From positions 75,365 to 139,364 of the forward strand of contig MLPZ01000002.1 in the NCBI GenBank assembly GCA_001885315.1: a stretch of 64,000 nucleotides of DNA. Direction: 5' to 3'. Source of the stretch: Treponema sp. CETP13 (GTDB lineage: Bacteria > Spirochaetota > Spirochaetia > Treponematales > Treponemataceae). Below, piece after piece: positions 1-10,300 of the stretch. The notes under the pieces were generated by a model. That model was given only the letters and a program-made list of their open reading frames with translations. It ran no database searches and had not been told where the DNA came from. The translations under genes and the position numbers were made by a program. Position 1 is the first letter of the stretch, and the number at the start of each line of letters is the position of its first letter.

Positions 1-282
1 GCACGTTATAGTAATTTATCTATTCTTACGTCAATTCCTTTTAATGTATTAAAATTAGATAAAACTCTTGTGCGGGATATTTTCTTTAATTCTCGTACAA
101 AAGTTGTTGTTCAAAGTTTTCTTGTGACTTGTAGGAACTTAGAAATTCGTTCAATTGCTGAGGGTGTGGAGAATCAAGAACAGTTTGATGTTTTAAAACA
201 AATGGGATGTGATTCTGTGCAAGGATACTTAATAAATAAACCTATTCCATTTGATGAGTTTGAAAAAAAATATATAAAATAA
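1..282 (+). CDS. EAL-domain (c-di-GMP phosphodiesterase-type) protein, C-terminal fragment; 5' end lies outside the window
   Basis: Frame 1 is open from base 1 (..FNVLKLDKTLV..). The ORF peptide contains ..SIAEGVENQEQFDVLKQMGCDSVQGYLINKP. Both are typical C-terminal EAL-domain motifs. Confidence 0.75.
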   Translation, partial: ARYSNLSILTSIPFNVLKLDKTLVRDIFFNSRTKVVVQSFLVTCRNLEIRSIAEGVENQEQFDVLKQMGCDSVQGYLINKPIPFDEFEKKYIK

Positions 283-355
283 CTTATTAAATATAAGTAC
301 TATGTATTTCTTCTTTATTTTTCTCTTTAAAATTTTCTGATATTTATTTCATTTA

Positions 356-411
356 ACGACAAAAAACTTATATGTGTCATTTTACATTGACATTTATAAG
401 TTTTTTGTCGT
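356..411. repeat. Perfect 17-bp inverted repeat (acgacaaaaaacttata / tataagttttttgtcgt) with a ~22-nt spacer that contains ttgaca
   Basis: Read directly at 356-372 and 395-411, in the intergenic region upstream of the acyl-CoA synthetase gene. Confidence 0.7.
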
Positions 412-550
412 AATATAAAAAATCTTATTTTTTTATGACGTTTTTTAAAAAAATGTAAAAATAAACTCCCAAATTTGCAACTCTTGATTTTTATTGGTGT
501 CTAAAATAGAGAAGATATAATTAATTTTTAGTTTTAATAATAAAGGATAA

Positions 551-2236
551 ATGCGTATAATGTTTTATGATGATTATGTAAATGTAGACAACAATGCAAA
601 AACATGGAATGAAAAAAGTGATTCTTTTTCTTTAAACGTTCCTAAAAAATTTAATTTTGCGTATGATGTAGTAGATCGTTTTGCAAAAGAAACACCTGAA
701 AAAGAGGCTTTAGTCTGGACAAGTGATGAGGAAGATGATCGTATTTATTCTTTTGGTTCATTAGCAAAAGAAGTTAATAAAACAGCCAATTATCTTACTT
801 CCCTTGGTTTGAAAAAAGGTGATCGTATCATGATTTTAGTTCGTACACGATATGAGTTTTGGTATCTTTTATTAGCTTCTCATAAAATTGGAGCTATAGT
901 AATCCCAGCTACGATTCAATTACTTCAGAATGATTTGGAATATCGATTTAAGACAGCTGAGGTGTCTGCAATTTTTGCGTTTGGTGTTGGCAGACTTCAA
1001 GAGTTTATTGATGCAGCTTGTCAAACTTGTAATATGAATCCAATAAAAGTGACTATTGGAAATTCTCGTGATAATTGGCATTGTTTTGATAAAGAATATG
1101 CACAGTTTTCTGATGTATTTGAAAAACCAAAAGGGGAAGCTTATGCGTGTGATGAAGATATTTCTGTTGTGTATTTTACTTCTGGGACTTCGGGCGAACC
1201 TAAAATGGTTGCGCATAATTTCTTGTATCCACTAGGTCATATTGTTACTGCAAAATATTGGCAATGTGTAACTGAAAATGGCCGTCATCTTACTCTTGCA
1301 GAAACGGGTTGGGCTAAAGCTCTTTGGGGAAAAATCTATGGACAATGGCTTTGTGGTTGTGCTGTTTTTGTTTATGATACAAAACGGTTTGTACCAAAAT
1401 TAATGCTTCAAAAAATAGCTGATTATCATGTAAATTCTTTTTGTGCACCATCTACTGTTTATAGATATCTAATACGAGAAGATTTTTCTCAGTTTGATCT
1501 TTCTGCTCTAACAGAATGTACAACTGCTGGAGAAGCTCTTCCTCATGATGTATTTGATACTTTTCTTGCTAAGACTGGTCTTAAAATTCGTGAGGGATAT
1601 GGGCAAACGGAGTTAACTTTGACAACAAGTAATTTCCCTGGTATGGAGGTTAAAACAGGTTCAATTGGTTTGCCAGCACCTGGATATGATATAGATCTTA
1701 TCGATAAAGAAGGTAATTCTTGTAAAACAGGAGAAGCTGGCGAAATAGTTTTGCGCCTAGATAAAGGGCGACCTTTTGGAATGTTTGGTGGATATTATAA
1801 AGATAAAGAAAAGACTGCCCAGACGTTTGCTGGGGGTATCTATCATACACATGATATTGCTATACGTGATGAAGATGGCTATTTTTGGTTTCAGGGTCGA
1901 ACAGATGATTTAATCAAAAGTTCTGGATATCGCATTAGTCCGTTTGAAGTAGAAAATATTTTATTAAAACATCCAGCGGTTTTTGAGTGTGCGGTAACAG
2001 GTGTTCCGGATGAAAAACGTGGACAAGCTATAAAAGCTACTATTGTTGTAAAAGAAGGTTACGAGGCAAACGAAGAATTGACAAAAGATATTTTGTTTCA
2101 TGCACGAAGCCAAGGGGCAAACTATAAAATTCCTCGTATTATCGAATTTGTAAAAGAATTACCAAAAACAATTAGTGGAAAAGTACGACGTGTAGAAATA
2201 CGCGAAAAACACGAAGCTAGTATGAAAAACAAATAA
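551..2236 (+). CDS. AMP-forming acyl-CoA synthetase / AMP-dependent ligase
   Basis: AMP-binding signature YFTSGTSGEPK, plus GYGQTE and C-terminal ISGKVRR motifs. 561 aa. The true start may be the downstream Met (MFYDD). Confidence 0.85.
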   Translation: MRIMFYDDYVNVDNNAKTWNEKSDSFSLNVPKKFNFAYDVVDRFAKETPEKEALVWTSDEEDDRIYSFGSLAKEVNKTANYLTSLGLKKGDRIMILVRTRYEFWYLLLASHKIGAIVIPATIQLLQNDLEYRFKTAEVSAIFAFGVGRLQEFIDAACQTCNMNPIKVTIGNSRDNWHCFDKEYAQFSDVFEKPKGEAYACDEDISVVYFTSGTSGEPKMVAHNFLYPLGHIVTAKYWQCVTENGRHLTLAETGWAKALWGKIYGQWLCGCAVFVYDTKRFVPKLMLQKIADYHVNSFCAPSTVYRYLIREDFSQFDLSALTECTTAGEALPHDVFDTFLAKTGLKIREGYGQTELTLTTSNFPGMEVKTGSIGLPAPGYDIDLIDKEGNSCKTGEAGEIVLRLDKGRPFGMFGGYYKDKEKTAQTFAGGIYHTHDIAIRDEDGYFWFQGRTDDLIKSSGYRISPFEVENILLKHPAVFECAVTGVPDEKRGQAIKATIVVKEGYEANEELTKDILFHARSQGANYKIPRIIEFVKELPKTISGKVRRVEIREKHEASMKNK

Positions 2237-2242
2237 CAAAAG

Positions 2243-2271
2243 AAAGGATTCGGCAATACCGAATCCTTTTT
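2243..2271. terminator. Bidirectional intrinsic terminator between convergent genes
   Basis: Hairpin aaaggattcgg-caata-ccgaatccttt, followed by a T-run and preceded by an A-run. Confidence 0.7.
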
Positions 2272-2299
2272 AGTTTTAACTTACTATAAGAAAAGCTAT

Positions 2300-3676
2300 C
2301 TATAGTTCGCCACTTTCGGCAGCTCCTGGAAGACCGATATCTTTTCGATAAAACATATCTTTAAATTGAACTGCTTTAATAGCTTTGTAAGCATTGTTCC
2401 ATGCTTCATCAAACGTAGAACCTAAGGCCGAGCATGCTAAAACGCGTCCGCCACTAGTTAGAAGTTTTTTTGAGCCTTGAGCCCCAGCAATAAAAACTTT
2501 TGCATCACATTCCTTAACGATTTTTTTATCAATTGTAATTTCATAGCCTTTGTTGTAGCTTGCCGGATACCCGCCACTAACAGCAACTGGCGCACAAATA
2601 AAACCTTTTTTCCATGCCAGTGTACCTGCTGGGTTTTCGTCTGTGATTTTAGCAAATTTTTTGAGAGCTCCATTGTTTTCTTTATCGATAATAGCAAGTC
2701 CAAGCTCTGCAAAATCGAAATCCATAAGAGGAAGAACTGCTTGTGTTTCAGGGTCTCCGAGTCGAACATTGTATTCTAAAAGTTTAGGGCCTTCTTTTGT
2801 AAGCATAACACCAAAAAAGATAAAACCTCTGTAATCCCATTTTTCTGCAATCATTCCGTCTAAGGTTGGTTGCATGCAATTTTTGTAAAACAATGTCATT
2901 GTTGCGTCATCTACGTCCTCGAGTGGACAAATAGCGCCCATTCCACCGGTGTTCGGTCCTTTTGCGCCGTCATTTAATCTTTTGTGATCTCGGCTTGGCA
3001 TAAAAGGAACAATAGTTGCTGTGTTTGCTTGAGCTGTTTGAGGCGTAACAGAAACCGCTGCTAATACAGATATTTCTGTTCCTTGTAAATATTCTTCGAG
3101 AACGATTGTTTGTCCTGCGTCGCCTAATTTATTATTGCTCATAAAATCGTCAATTGCAGCATTCGCTTGCTCTTCCGTTGCGGCAACGACAACGCCCTTT
3201 CCTGCTGCAAGTCCATCGGCTTTTACAACAATAGGAGCGCCTTTTTCGTGTATGTATTTTTTTGCTTCTTCTGCTGTGGTAACCGTAATAGAATCGGCAC
3301 ATGCGACTCCATATTTGTGCATAAATTTTTTAGAAAAGTCTTTACTTGCTTCTAGTTGTGCTCCATCTTTTTTAGGGCCTACAACAGGAATTCCACAGTT
3401 CCAAATTGCATCTGCTACTCCATCGCAAAGAGGGTTCTCAGGTCCTACAATAACAAAGTCTACTTGTTCAAAAGTCGCAATTTGTGAATATATTTGAACA
3501 CCTTTTATATCATCGAGATATTCACAATCTGCAGGGTTTATATTTCTACATTTATCTTCTTGAGCTGTTCCACCGTTCCCAGGGACACAGACAACTTCAT
3601 TTACTTTTGTACTTTGGGCCAGTCGCCAGCATATAGCGTGTTCTCGACCTCCCGATCCAATTACCATTATTTTCAT
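2300..3676 (-). CDS. purD: Phosphoribosylamine-glycine ligase
   Basis: N-terminus MKIMVIGSGGREHAICWRL, ATP-grasp core (..VVKADGLAAGKGV..) and C-terminal ..LTSGGRVL.. are typical of PurD. Confidence 0.9.
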   Translation of the reverse strand: MKIMVIGSGGREHAICWRLAQSTKVNEVVCVPGNGGTAQEDKCRNINPADCEYLDDIKGVQIYSQIATFEQVDFVIVGPENPLCDGVADAIWNCGIPVVGPKKDGAQLEASKDFSKKFMHKYGVACADSITVTTAEEAKKYIHEKGAPIVVKADGLAAGKGVVVAATEEQANAAIDDFMSNNKLGDAGQTIVLEEYLQGTEISVLAAVSVTPQTAQANTATIVPFMPSRDHKRLNDGAKGPNTGGMGAICPLEDVDDATMTLFYKNCMQPTLDGMIAEKWDYRGFIFFGVMLTKEGPKLLEYNVRLGDPETQAVLPLMDFDFAELGLAIIDKENNGALKKFAKITDENPAGTLAWKKGFICAPVAVSGGYPASYNKGYEITIDKKIVKECDAKVFIAGAQGSKKLLTSGGRVLACSALGSTFDEAWNNAYKAIKAVQFKDMFYRKDIGLPGAAESGEL

Positions 3677-3787
3677 GAATGTTAGTATATCATGTTTATA
3701 AATGGCTTTAAATACCTTTGTTCCCGTTTACTAAAGTGTGTAAAAAAGATAAAATTGGACAATTTATATAAAAGAAAGCGAGGCACT

Positions 3788-4711
3788 ATGCTAAAAGGTC
3801 GTTCAGTAATTGAACCGTCGGATTTAACCGTTGCAGAGATTGATGAGATATGCAATCTTGCCGAGAAAATGATTGTAGATCCGAGCGCGTATATTGATGT
3901 GTGTCATGGAAAATTATTGGCAACACTGTTTTTTGAACCGAGTACGAGGACTCGTCTTTCCTTTGAGTCAGCAATGCTTCGGCTCGGTGGAAAAGTTCTT
4001 GGCTTTGCAGATGCAAACGCTACTTCTACAACAAAAGGTGAGACACTTGCAGATACGATTAGAGTTGTTTCGTCCTTTGTAGATGTTATTGCAATGCGAA
4101 ATCCAAAAGAAGGATCTTCTTTATTAGCTTCTCACTATTCAACTGTTCCGATTATAAATGCTGGAGATGGAGGCCATCACCACCCAACCCAAACTCTTAC
4201 CGATATGTTAACTATTAGACAAATTACCGGTTGTTTTGAAAATCACACCATTTGTTTTTGTGGTGATTTAAAGTTTGGGCGTACAGTTCATTCTTTAGTA
4301 GAAGCGATGAGTCGTTATACAGGTACAAAATTTATTTTTGTAAGTCCTCAAGAACTAGCAGTTCCCGATTATATAATAAATCAAGTCATAAAACCTGCTC
4401 GGATTGAATATAAATGTGCCGAACGTCTTGAAGATGTGATAGGAGAGGCGGATATTTTATATATGACACGGGTTCAAAAAGAACGCTTTTTTAATGAAGA
4501 AGATTATATTCGCCTAAAGGATAGTTATATTCTTGATGCTAATAAGATGAAACTAGCAAAAGATAAAATGATTGTGTTACACCCTCTTCCTCGAGTGAAT
4601 GAGATTGCAGTAGAGGTAGATGATGATCCTCGAGCTGCATATTTTAAGCAGGTTAGATATGGTATGTTTGCACGTATGGCTCTTATCGCAAAAGTTACAG
4701 GAGTTCTTTAA
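3788..4711 (+). CDS. pyrB: Aspartate carbamoyltransferase catalytic subunit
   Basis: Motifs [13 protein letters not shown] and HPLPR. Start taken at the internal ATG 3788, which follows gaaagcgagg (SD-like). The ORF-track start at 3692 adds an implausible leader. Confidence 0.9.
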   Translation: MLKGRSVIEPSDLTVAEIDEICNLAEKMIVDPSAYIDVCHGKLLATLFFEPSTRTRLSFESAMLRLGGKVLGFADANATSTTKGETLADTIRVVSSFVDVIAMRNPKEGSSLLASHYSTVPIINAGDGGHHHPTQTLTDMLTIRQITGCFENHTICFCGDLKFGRTVHSLVEAMSRYTGTKFIFVSPQELAVPDYIINQVIKPARIEYKCAERLEDVIGEADILYMTRVQKERFFNEEDYIRLKDSYILDANKMKLAKDKMIVLHPLPRVNEIAVEVDDDPRAAYFKQVRYGMFARMALIAKVTGVL

Positions 4712-5151
4712 TGTTAAATGTAGATACAATAAAAAATGGATTGGTAATTGATCATATTAGACCAGGATCTGGCTATCAGATTTTTACATGGCTTGGGTTA
4801 GATAAAGCTTCTTTTACTTGTGCACTTATTAGTAATGTAGAATCAAAAAAATATGGACGAAAAGACATTATAAAAATAGAGAATATAATAAATATTGATT
4901 ATTCAGTTCTTGGATTTATTGATCCGAACATAACGGTTAATACGGTTTGTGAAGGCGGAGTTACTCAAAAAATGAAGTTGTCACTTCCTAGTCGTGTAGA
5001 AAATGTAATTCATTGTAAAAATCCTCGTTGTATTACAAGCACAGAAAAGTATGTCCCTCAGATTTTTAAATTAGTGAATGCTAAACGTCGCGAATATAGG
5101 TGTGAATATTGTGATGAATTATATACTGCTGGAGTTGGTGACGTTTTTTAG
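4711..5151 (+). CDS. pyrI: Aspartate carbamoyltransferase regulatory subunit
   Basis: 146 aa. Zn-site cysteines CKNPRCIT...CEYCD. Its start overlaps the pyrB stop (TAATG). Confidence 0.85.
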   Translation: MLNVDTIKNGLVIDHIRPGSGYQIFTWLGLDKASFTCALISNVESKKYGRKDIIKIENIINIDYSVLGFIDPNITVNTVCEGGVTQKMKLSLPSRVENVIHCKNPRCITSTEKYVPQIFKLVNAKRREYRCEYCDELYTAGVGDVF

Positions 5152-5174
5152 ATTGATTAGAGGGAGATGAATAA

Positions 5175-6497
5175 GTGAGTTCAAAAATAGTATTTAAGAA
5201 TGCAAGACTTGTTGATGAATCTATAGATAGCATGGGGTCACTTTTAGTTGACAGTAAAAGCGGTCTTATAAAAAAAGTATTTTTGAACGATGAGGCTATA
5301 GAAGATGTGAGTGAAGCAACATTAATAGATTGTAAGGGACATACTCTTATGCCTAGTTTTGTCGATATGCATACACATTTTCGTGATCCAGGTCAAACAC
5401 AAAAAGAAGATCTAAATTCTGGCCTACATGCAGCTGTCGCAGGTGGGTATACTACTGTTGTTGCTATGCCTAACACAAGTCCGGTAATTTCGTCTATTGC
5501 GGCGGCAGAATCTAATATAAAACGAGCAAAAAAAATTGGACTAGCAGATTTGTACCAGTCCATGAGTATTACAAAAAATTTTGAAGGCAAAGATACTAGT
5601 CATTTAGATAATCTTTCAGAATTAGAAAAAAACTTAATTAAAGTTATTTCTGAAGACGGGCATGATGTTTTAGATGCAGAAAAAATGCTTGAAGGTATGC
5701 AAAAGGCAGCTGTCAAAGGTTTGGTAGTAGCCTGTCATTGTGAAGATCCAAAATTAGTTCCCTTAGCAAGAAAAGCAAGAAATTCTTGTGATTATGTGAA
5801 AGCTGAAATTCTTTTACACAAAGCAGAAGATACATTTACTGAGCGTAATTTGCAACTTGCAAAAAAAGCTGGTTGTCATATACATATTTGTCATATAAGT
5901 ACGAAACAGTCTATTGAATCTGTTCGGTGTGCTAAAGAAAATGGGATTCATGTTACATCAGAAGCAACACCTCACCATTTAGGACTTAGCTATGAAATGC
6001 AAGGGATTGGGCATCAATTAGTGAATCCTCCCTTGCGTAATGAAAAAGATCGCTTGGCTGTTATTGCAGGGCTTAAGAATGGAACTATTGATTGCATAGG
6101 TACCGATCATGCTCCTCATACTTTACAAGATAAACAAAATGGGGCGTGTGGTTTTACTGGTATAGAATTATCCTTTGCTGTTTGTAATACAACTTTAGTA
6201 TATGGGGGGGCAGATTGGCAACCTAAGCTAAAAGACGTAATTTCTTTGTCTAATCTATCTAAACTTATGAGTGCAAATCCAGCACGAATTCTTGGAATAA
6301 AAAAAGGACAGCTAAAAGAAGGCTATTATGCAGATTTAGTCTTAGTAGATCCTGAAAAAGAATTTAAAGTCAATTCTGCAAATTTCAAATCTAAGGGAAC
6401 CTATACTCCTTTTAATAAGCGAAAATTGTATGGGAAAGTATTAGAAACTTGGAAGGCTGGTATAAGAGTATTTGCAGAAAAAAAATGCCTAGGTTAA
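5175..6497 (+). CDS. pyrC: Dihydroorotase (class I, amidohydrolase)
   Basis: Metal-binding DMHTHFRDPG and ..GTDHAPH.. motifs. Follows pyrBI. GTG start. Confidence 0.85.
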   Translation: MSSKIVFKNARLVDESIDSMGSLLVDSKSGLIKKVFLNDEAIEDVSEATLIDCKGHTLMPSFVDMHTHFRDPGQTQKEDLNSGLHAAVAGGYTTVVAMPNTSPVISSIAAAESNIKRAKKIGLADLYQSMSITKNFEGKDTSHLDNLSELEKNLIKVISEDGHDVLDAEKMLEGMQKAAVKGLVVACHCEDPKLVPLARKARNSCDYVKAEILLHKAEDTFTERNLQLAKKAGCHIHICHISTKQSIESVRCAKENGIHVTSEATPHHLGLSYEMQGIGHQLVNPPLRNEKDRLAVIAGLKNGTIDCIGTDHAPHTLQDKQNGACGFTGIELSFAVCNTTLVYGGADWQPKLKDVISLSNLSKLMSANPARILGIKKGQLKEGYYADLVLVDPEKEFKVNSANFKSKGTYTPFNKRKLYGKVLETWKAGIRVFAEKKCLG

Positions 6498-6582
6498 CTA
6501 CGGCACAAACATCATCTTGTTGCAGTTGCTTCCTTCCGGATCTGGCTGAGTTCGCAAGCGATGCTTTGCATAGCACCTAGGC
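6487..6582 (-). ncRNA. ffs: Small (4.5S-type) signal recognition particle RNA
   Basis: The minus strand reads GCCUAGGUGC...CAGCCAGAUCCGGAAGGAAGCAACUGCAAC...GUGCCGUAGUUAACCUAGGC. This includes the conserved SRP domain IV core CCGGAAGGAAGCA. The termini (GCCUAGG/CCUAGGC) pair. The 3' end overlaps the pyrC stop on the opposite strand. Confidence 0.75.
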
Positions 6583-6586
6583 AATA

Positions 6587-6671
6587 CGGAGAGAACGGGA
6601 TTCGAACCCGTGGTACGTTACCGCACACAGCCTTTCCAAGACTGCACCATCGACCACTCGGACATCTCTCC
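6587..6671 (-). tRNA. tRNA-Ser (anticodon GGA)
   Basis: Folded by hand: acceptor GGAGAGA/TCTCTCC, anticodon stem CAGTC/GGCTG, loop TTGGAAA, long variable arm, T-loop GGTTCGAATCC. No encoded CCA. Confidence 0.85.
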
Positions 6672-6745
6672 AAAACCTACGAGTTTAAAATTAAACTCTA
6701 TATAATAAAAAAAAGCTCCGTCTCTTATTCTAAAAAAAAGAGCTA

Positions 6746-6830
6746 CGGAGAGAGGGGGATTCGAACCCCCGGCACCTTGCGGCGCAACGGTTTTCGGGAC
6801 CGCCCGATTCGACCGCTCTCGCATCTCTCC
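6746..6830 (-). tRNA. tRNA-Ser (anticodon CGA); anticodon loop reads CCCGAAA (C at position 33)
   Basis: Acceptor GGAGAGA, anticodon stem GCGGT/ACCGT, long variable arm, T-loop GGTTCGAATCC. Near-paralogue of tRNA-Ser(UGA) at 7142-7226. Confidence 0.8.
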
Positions 6831-6855
6831 AGGGGTTTATGATTCGAATAAAAAT

Positions 6856-6929
6856 CGAGAATAAGAGGAGTCGAACCTCCGACCTTCAGGTCCGCAACCT
6901 GACGCTCTATCCAGCTGAGCTACATTCTC
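6856..6929 (-). tRNA. tRNA-Arg (anticodon GCG)
   Basis: D-arm GCTCAGCTGGATAGAGC, anticodon stem TCAGG/CCTGA, loop TTGCGGA, T-arm GGAGGTTCGACTCCTCT. Confidence 0.8.
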
Positions 6930-6972
6930 AAAACTTACTTGTTTTACCGTCATTATTATTAATGAGTCAATG

Positions 6973-7060
6973 CGGAGCAAGGGGGATTCGAACCCCCGAT
7001 ACCCGGATAGGGTATAACTCCTTAGCAGGGAGCCACCTTCGGCCACTCGGTCATCGCTCC
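6973..7060 (-). tRNA. tRNA-Ser (anticodon GCU)
   Basis: Acceptor GGAGCGA, anticodon stem GCTCC/GGAGT, loop CTGCTAA, long variable arm, T-loop GGTTCGAATCC. Confidence 0.85.
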
Positions 7061-7141
7061 AAAAACGGTTTTTATTTGCTTTTACAAATAATAACAAGAA
7101 TTAAAACCTATCGGTTATCTTTTTATAAAAATAAAAAAATA

Positions 7142-7226
7142 CGGAGCAAGGGGGATTCGAACCCCCGGAACCTCGCGGCTCAACGGTTTTCAAGACCGCC
7201 TCATTCGACCACTCTGACATCGCTCC
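7142..7226 (-). tRNA. tRNA-Ser (anticodon UGA)
   Basis: Acceptor GGAGCGA, anticodon stem GCGGT/ACCGT, loop CTTGAAA, long variable arm, T-loop GGTTCGAATCC. Confidence 0.85.
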
Positions 7227-7384
7227 AGATAAGGTGAGATTATCTTATACTTTTTAGGCGATCCTTGTCAATGGCAATAAATAAAAAAAATAGCAAAAAA
7301 AAAGAAAATGAAAAATTTATAAATAAACTAGTTCTGAGAGTTTTTATGGTGTATAATTTATGTATTATTTTTTAGGAGAAATTG

Positions 7385-10300
7385 ATGCAAGAGATCTCAC
7401 ATTTATATGAAAATCCAGAAATCCAAAGTTTACATAGGTTACCAGCTCGATCAAATATAGTTCCATTTAATAGTGCAGAAAAAGCTACTAAATATAGTGC
7501 AGAAGGTCCTCTGTGCCATATATCAGAAAAGTATAAATTTGCTACTGAATCAGAAAGTGAATATGTAAAAAATCTTGATGGAGAATGGGATTTTCTTTTG
7601 TTCAAAAATCCACAACAAGCAGAAGAGGCAGACCTTTCTACCAGTGAATGGAAGAAAATATCAGTTCCAGGGACCTGGTCTCGATTAGGCTATGACAAAC
7701 CTCATTATACAAATGTACAAATGCCTCATGATATGGTTCCTCCGTATGCTCCAGATGAAAATACAACCGGTGTGTATCGATTAAATGTCATCATTCCAGA
7801 ACTGTGGAATAATCGGCGAGTAGTTCTCCATATTGGTTCAGCAGAAAGTTGTACTTTTGTTAAAGTAAATGGGCAATTTGTTGGTATGTCAAAAGATAGC
7901 AGGTTACCTTTTGAGTTCGATATAACAGATGCGCTTGATAAAGATTCAAAGACAGCTCAAATTATAATAACAGTTGTGCGATATAGCGATGCTTCTTATG
8001 TTGAGGATCAGGATCAATGGTGGCTGGGGGGAATCCATAGGAGTGTGTATTTATATTCCACTGAAGATTGTTATATTAGTGATCTACAAGCATTAACCTA
8101 TATAGAAGATTCGAAAGGTATTGTTCCTCTTGTTGTAACATTAGGTAATAAATCTTTGCGAAAAACAACTGAATTGCAGGATTTAAAACCTCGTATTTTA
8201 TGGAAAATACATACGCTACAAGGCACCCCATACAAAGGCGAAGTTGGGGATCTTGTTGCAGAAGGTGAATTGCAAGGTGATTACAATTATGCAAAAACTT
8301 CACAGCAGGTACGCGAGAAAATTGTAATAAAAAATCCTCAATTATGGAGCCATGAAAGTCCTTCTTTATATGTTTTGACGGTAAGCATGTATGATTTTGA
8401 GCGCCATGTTGAAAGTTCTGCATGTACGTTTGGGTTTAAAGATGTTCGTCTAGAAAATCGAGAAATGAGATTAAATGGTAAGGCAATCCTTATAAAAGGT
8501 GTGAATCGTCATGAACATAATGAATATACAGGAAAGACGCTAACTACAAATGAAATGCTAAAGGATATAACTTTACTAAAGCAATATAATTTTAACGCAG
8601 TTAGGACTTGTCATTATCCAGATGATGAGCGCTGGTATGAGCTTTGCGATCGCTTTGGCATTTTGTTAATGGACGAGGCAAATATCGAAAACCATGCGTT
8701 TTATGATCAAATTTCACGAAGTGAAGCATGGACAAATGCATATATACAAAGATTACAAAGAATGGTTTGTCGAGATAAAAATCATGCTTCTATTTTTTGT
8801 TGGAGTCTTGGAAATGAAAGCGGTGATGGTCCAAACCATTGTGCGATGAATGGATGGCTTCGACGATATGATACGACTCGTTTAGTACAATATGAGGGAG
8901 CTGTTCGAGGAGAATGGACTCAAGGTGATTTTACATTAGAAACATTGTCCCGAGGAAAAGGTCTTACAGATTTTATTAGTCCCATGTATCCATCTATAGA
9001 TTTAATTACTAAATATGCATCTACTTGCTCAGATTATAGGCCTATAATTATGTGTGAATATTCACATGCAATGGGAAATTCAAATGGATCTTTGGCAGAC
9101 TATTGGCATGCTATTGAACAAACTCACGGATTGCAAGGTGGCTTTATTTGGGATTGGATAGATCAAGGCTTTGCTACAACTATAACAGAGAAAGAAGCAA
9201 TACCGACATATCCTACTGGGTCAAAATATTGGAAGTATGGCGGAGATTTTGGCGATACACCAACTGATTATGATTTTTGTCTTAATGGGCTCTTATTTCC
9301 AGATCAAACGCCAAAGCCTGCTATGGAAGAATGTAAGAGGCTTTTTGCCCCAGTAAAATTAACTATGCTTCATGTAAAGCAAGGTTTATTTGAAGTTGAA
9401 AATTGCCAATATTTTTCTAGGCTTAATGTATTTAAGTTACGATGGCAATTGCTCTCAAATGGCAAACGAATTGCATCTGGCTCGACAGCAATTCCAAAGA
9501 TAGAAGCAGGTAAAAAAGGTGTTGTAAAAATTCCTTATACAGAAAAACTTGCTAAGTGGTATTTTGATTGCAACGCAAAATTGCAAAATCCTGGCGAATT
9601 GGTTATTCATGTAGATGTAGTATATAAAAAAGATACTGTATGTTGCAAAAAGGACTCTGTATGTACTTGGAGTGAATTTGTATTAGAATCGGGTATGCAA
9701 GATTCTTTTGCAGCCGCTTTTGCAGATCAATATGGAAAAGTAAAACTAAAACCTACGGATATGCCTTGTGAAACTGTAAATTTAATAGTCGCTGGTTCTA
9801 AGCCTCAAGTATTTAGAGCTCCAACAGAAAATGAGTTTATAAAGGCATTAAAAGGGCAAGAGCATAATCCTCTCTTCGAATTTTATTTTAAAGAAAAACC
9901 TGCTCTTAAATGGATAGAATCAGATTTATCGCAAATTACCGAAGAGAACATGAAATTTAATGCTGATAAAGGACAACTTGTTTTGCAATCAGATTTATAT
10001 ACAGGTCCAGCTGCAAAAGAACATAAAAAAATAGGAAGTTTTGTCCGACGTGTTTCAAGCTTTGTTGCTCCGGGTAAAAAAGCGGGAACTGTTTGGAATA
10101 TCGAATTTAGTTTGAATGAAGAGGTTTCTGAATATCCACGAGTTGGTATTACATCTCAAATTAGTTCTATATATGATACTGTTCAGTGGTATGGGCGAGG
10201 GCCTCATGAATGTTATAATGACCGTTGCGAAGGAGCTGCGTTAGGATTGTATACTAGACATGTAAATGATTTGGATGTCCCGTATATTGTTCCTCAGCAT

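Noticed and set aside
3692-3787. N-terminal 32-codon extension of pyrB in the ORF track
   Set aside because: The extension ([16 protein letters not shown]..) is not PyrB-like. An ATG with an SD-like gaaagcgagg at 3788 gives a canonical 307-aa PyrB.
6561-7237. ORF-track entries 6561-6842(+), 6618-6824(-), 6837-7097(-) and 6839-7237(+)
   Set aside because: They run through the tRNA-Ser/Arg genes. Their peptides (..GIRTRGT.., ..GIRTPGT.. repeats) are simply translations of T-arm sequences. They have no RBS and are not coding.
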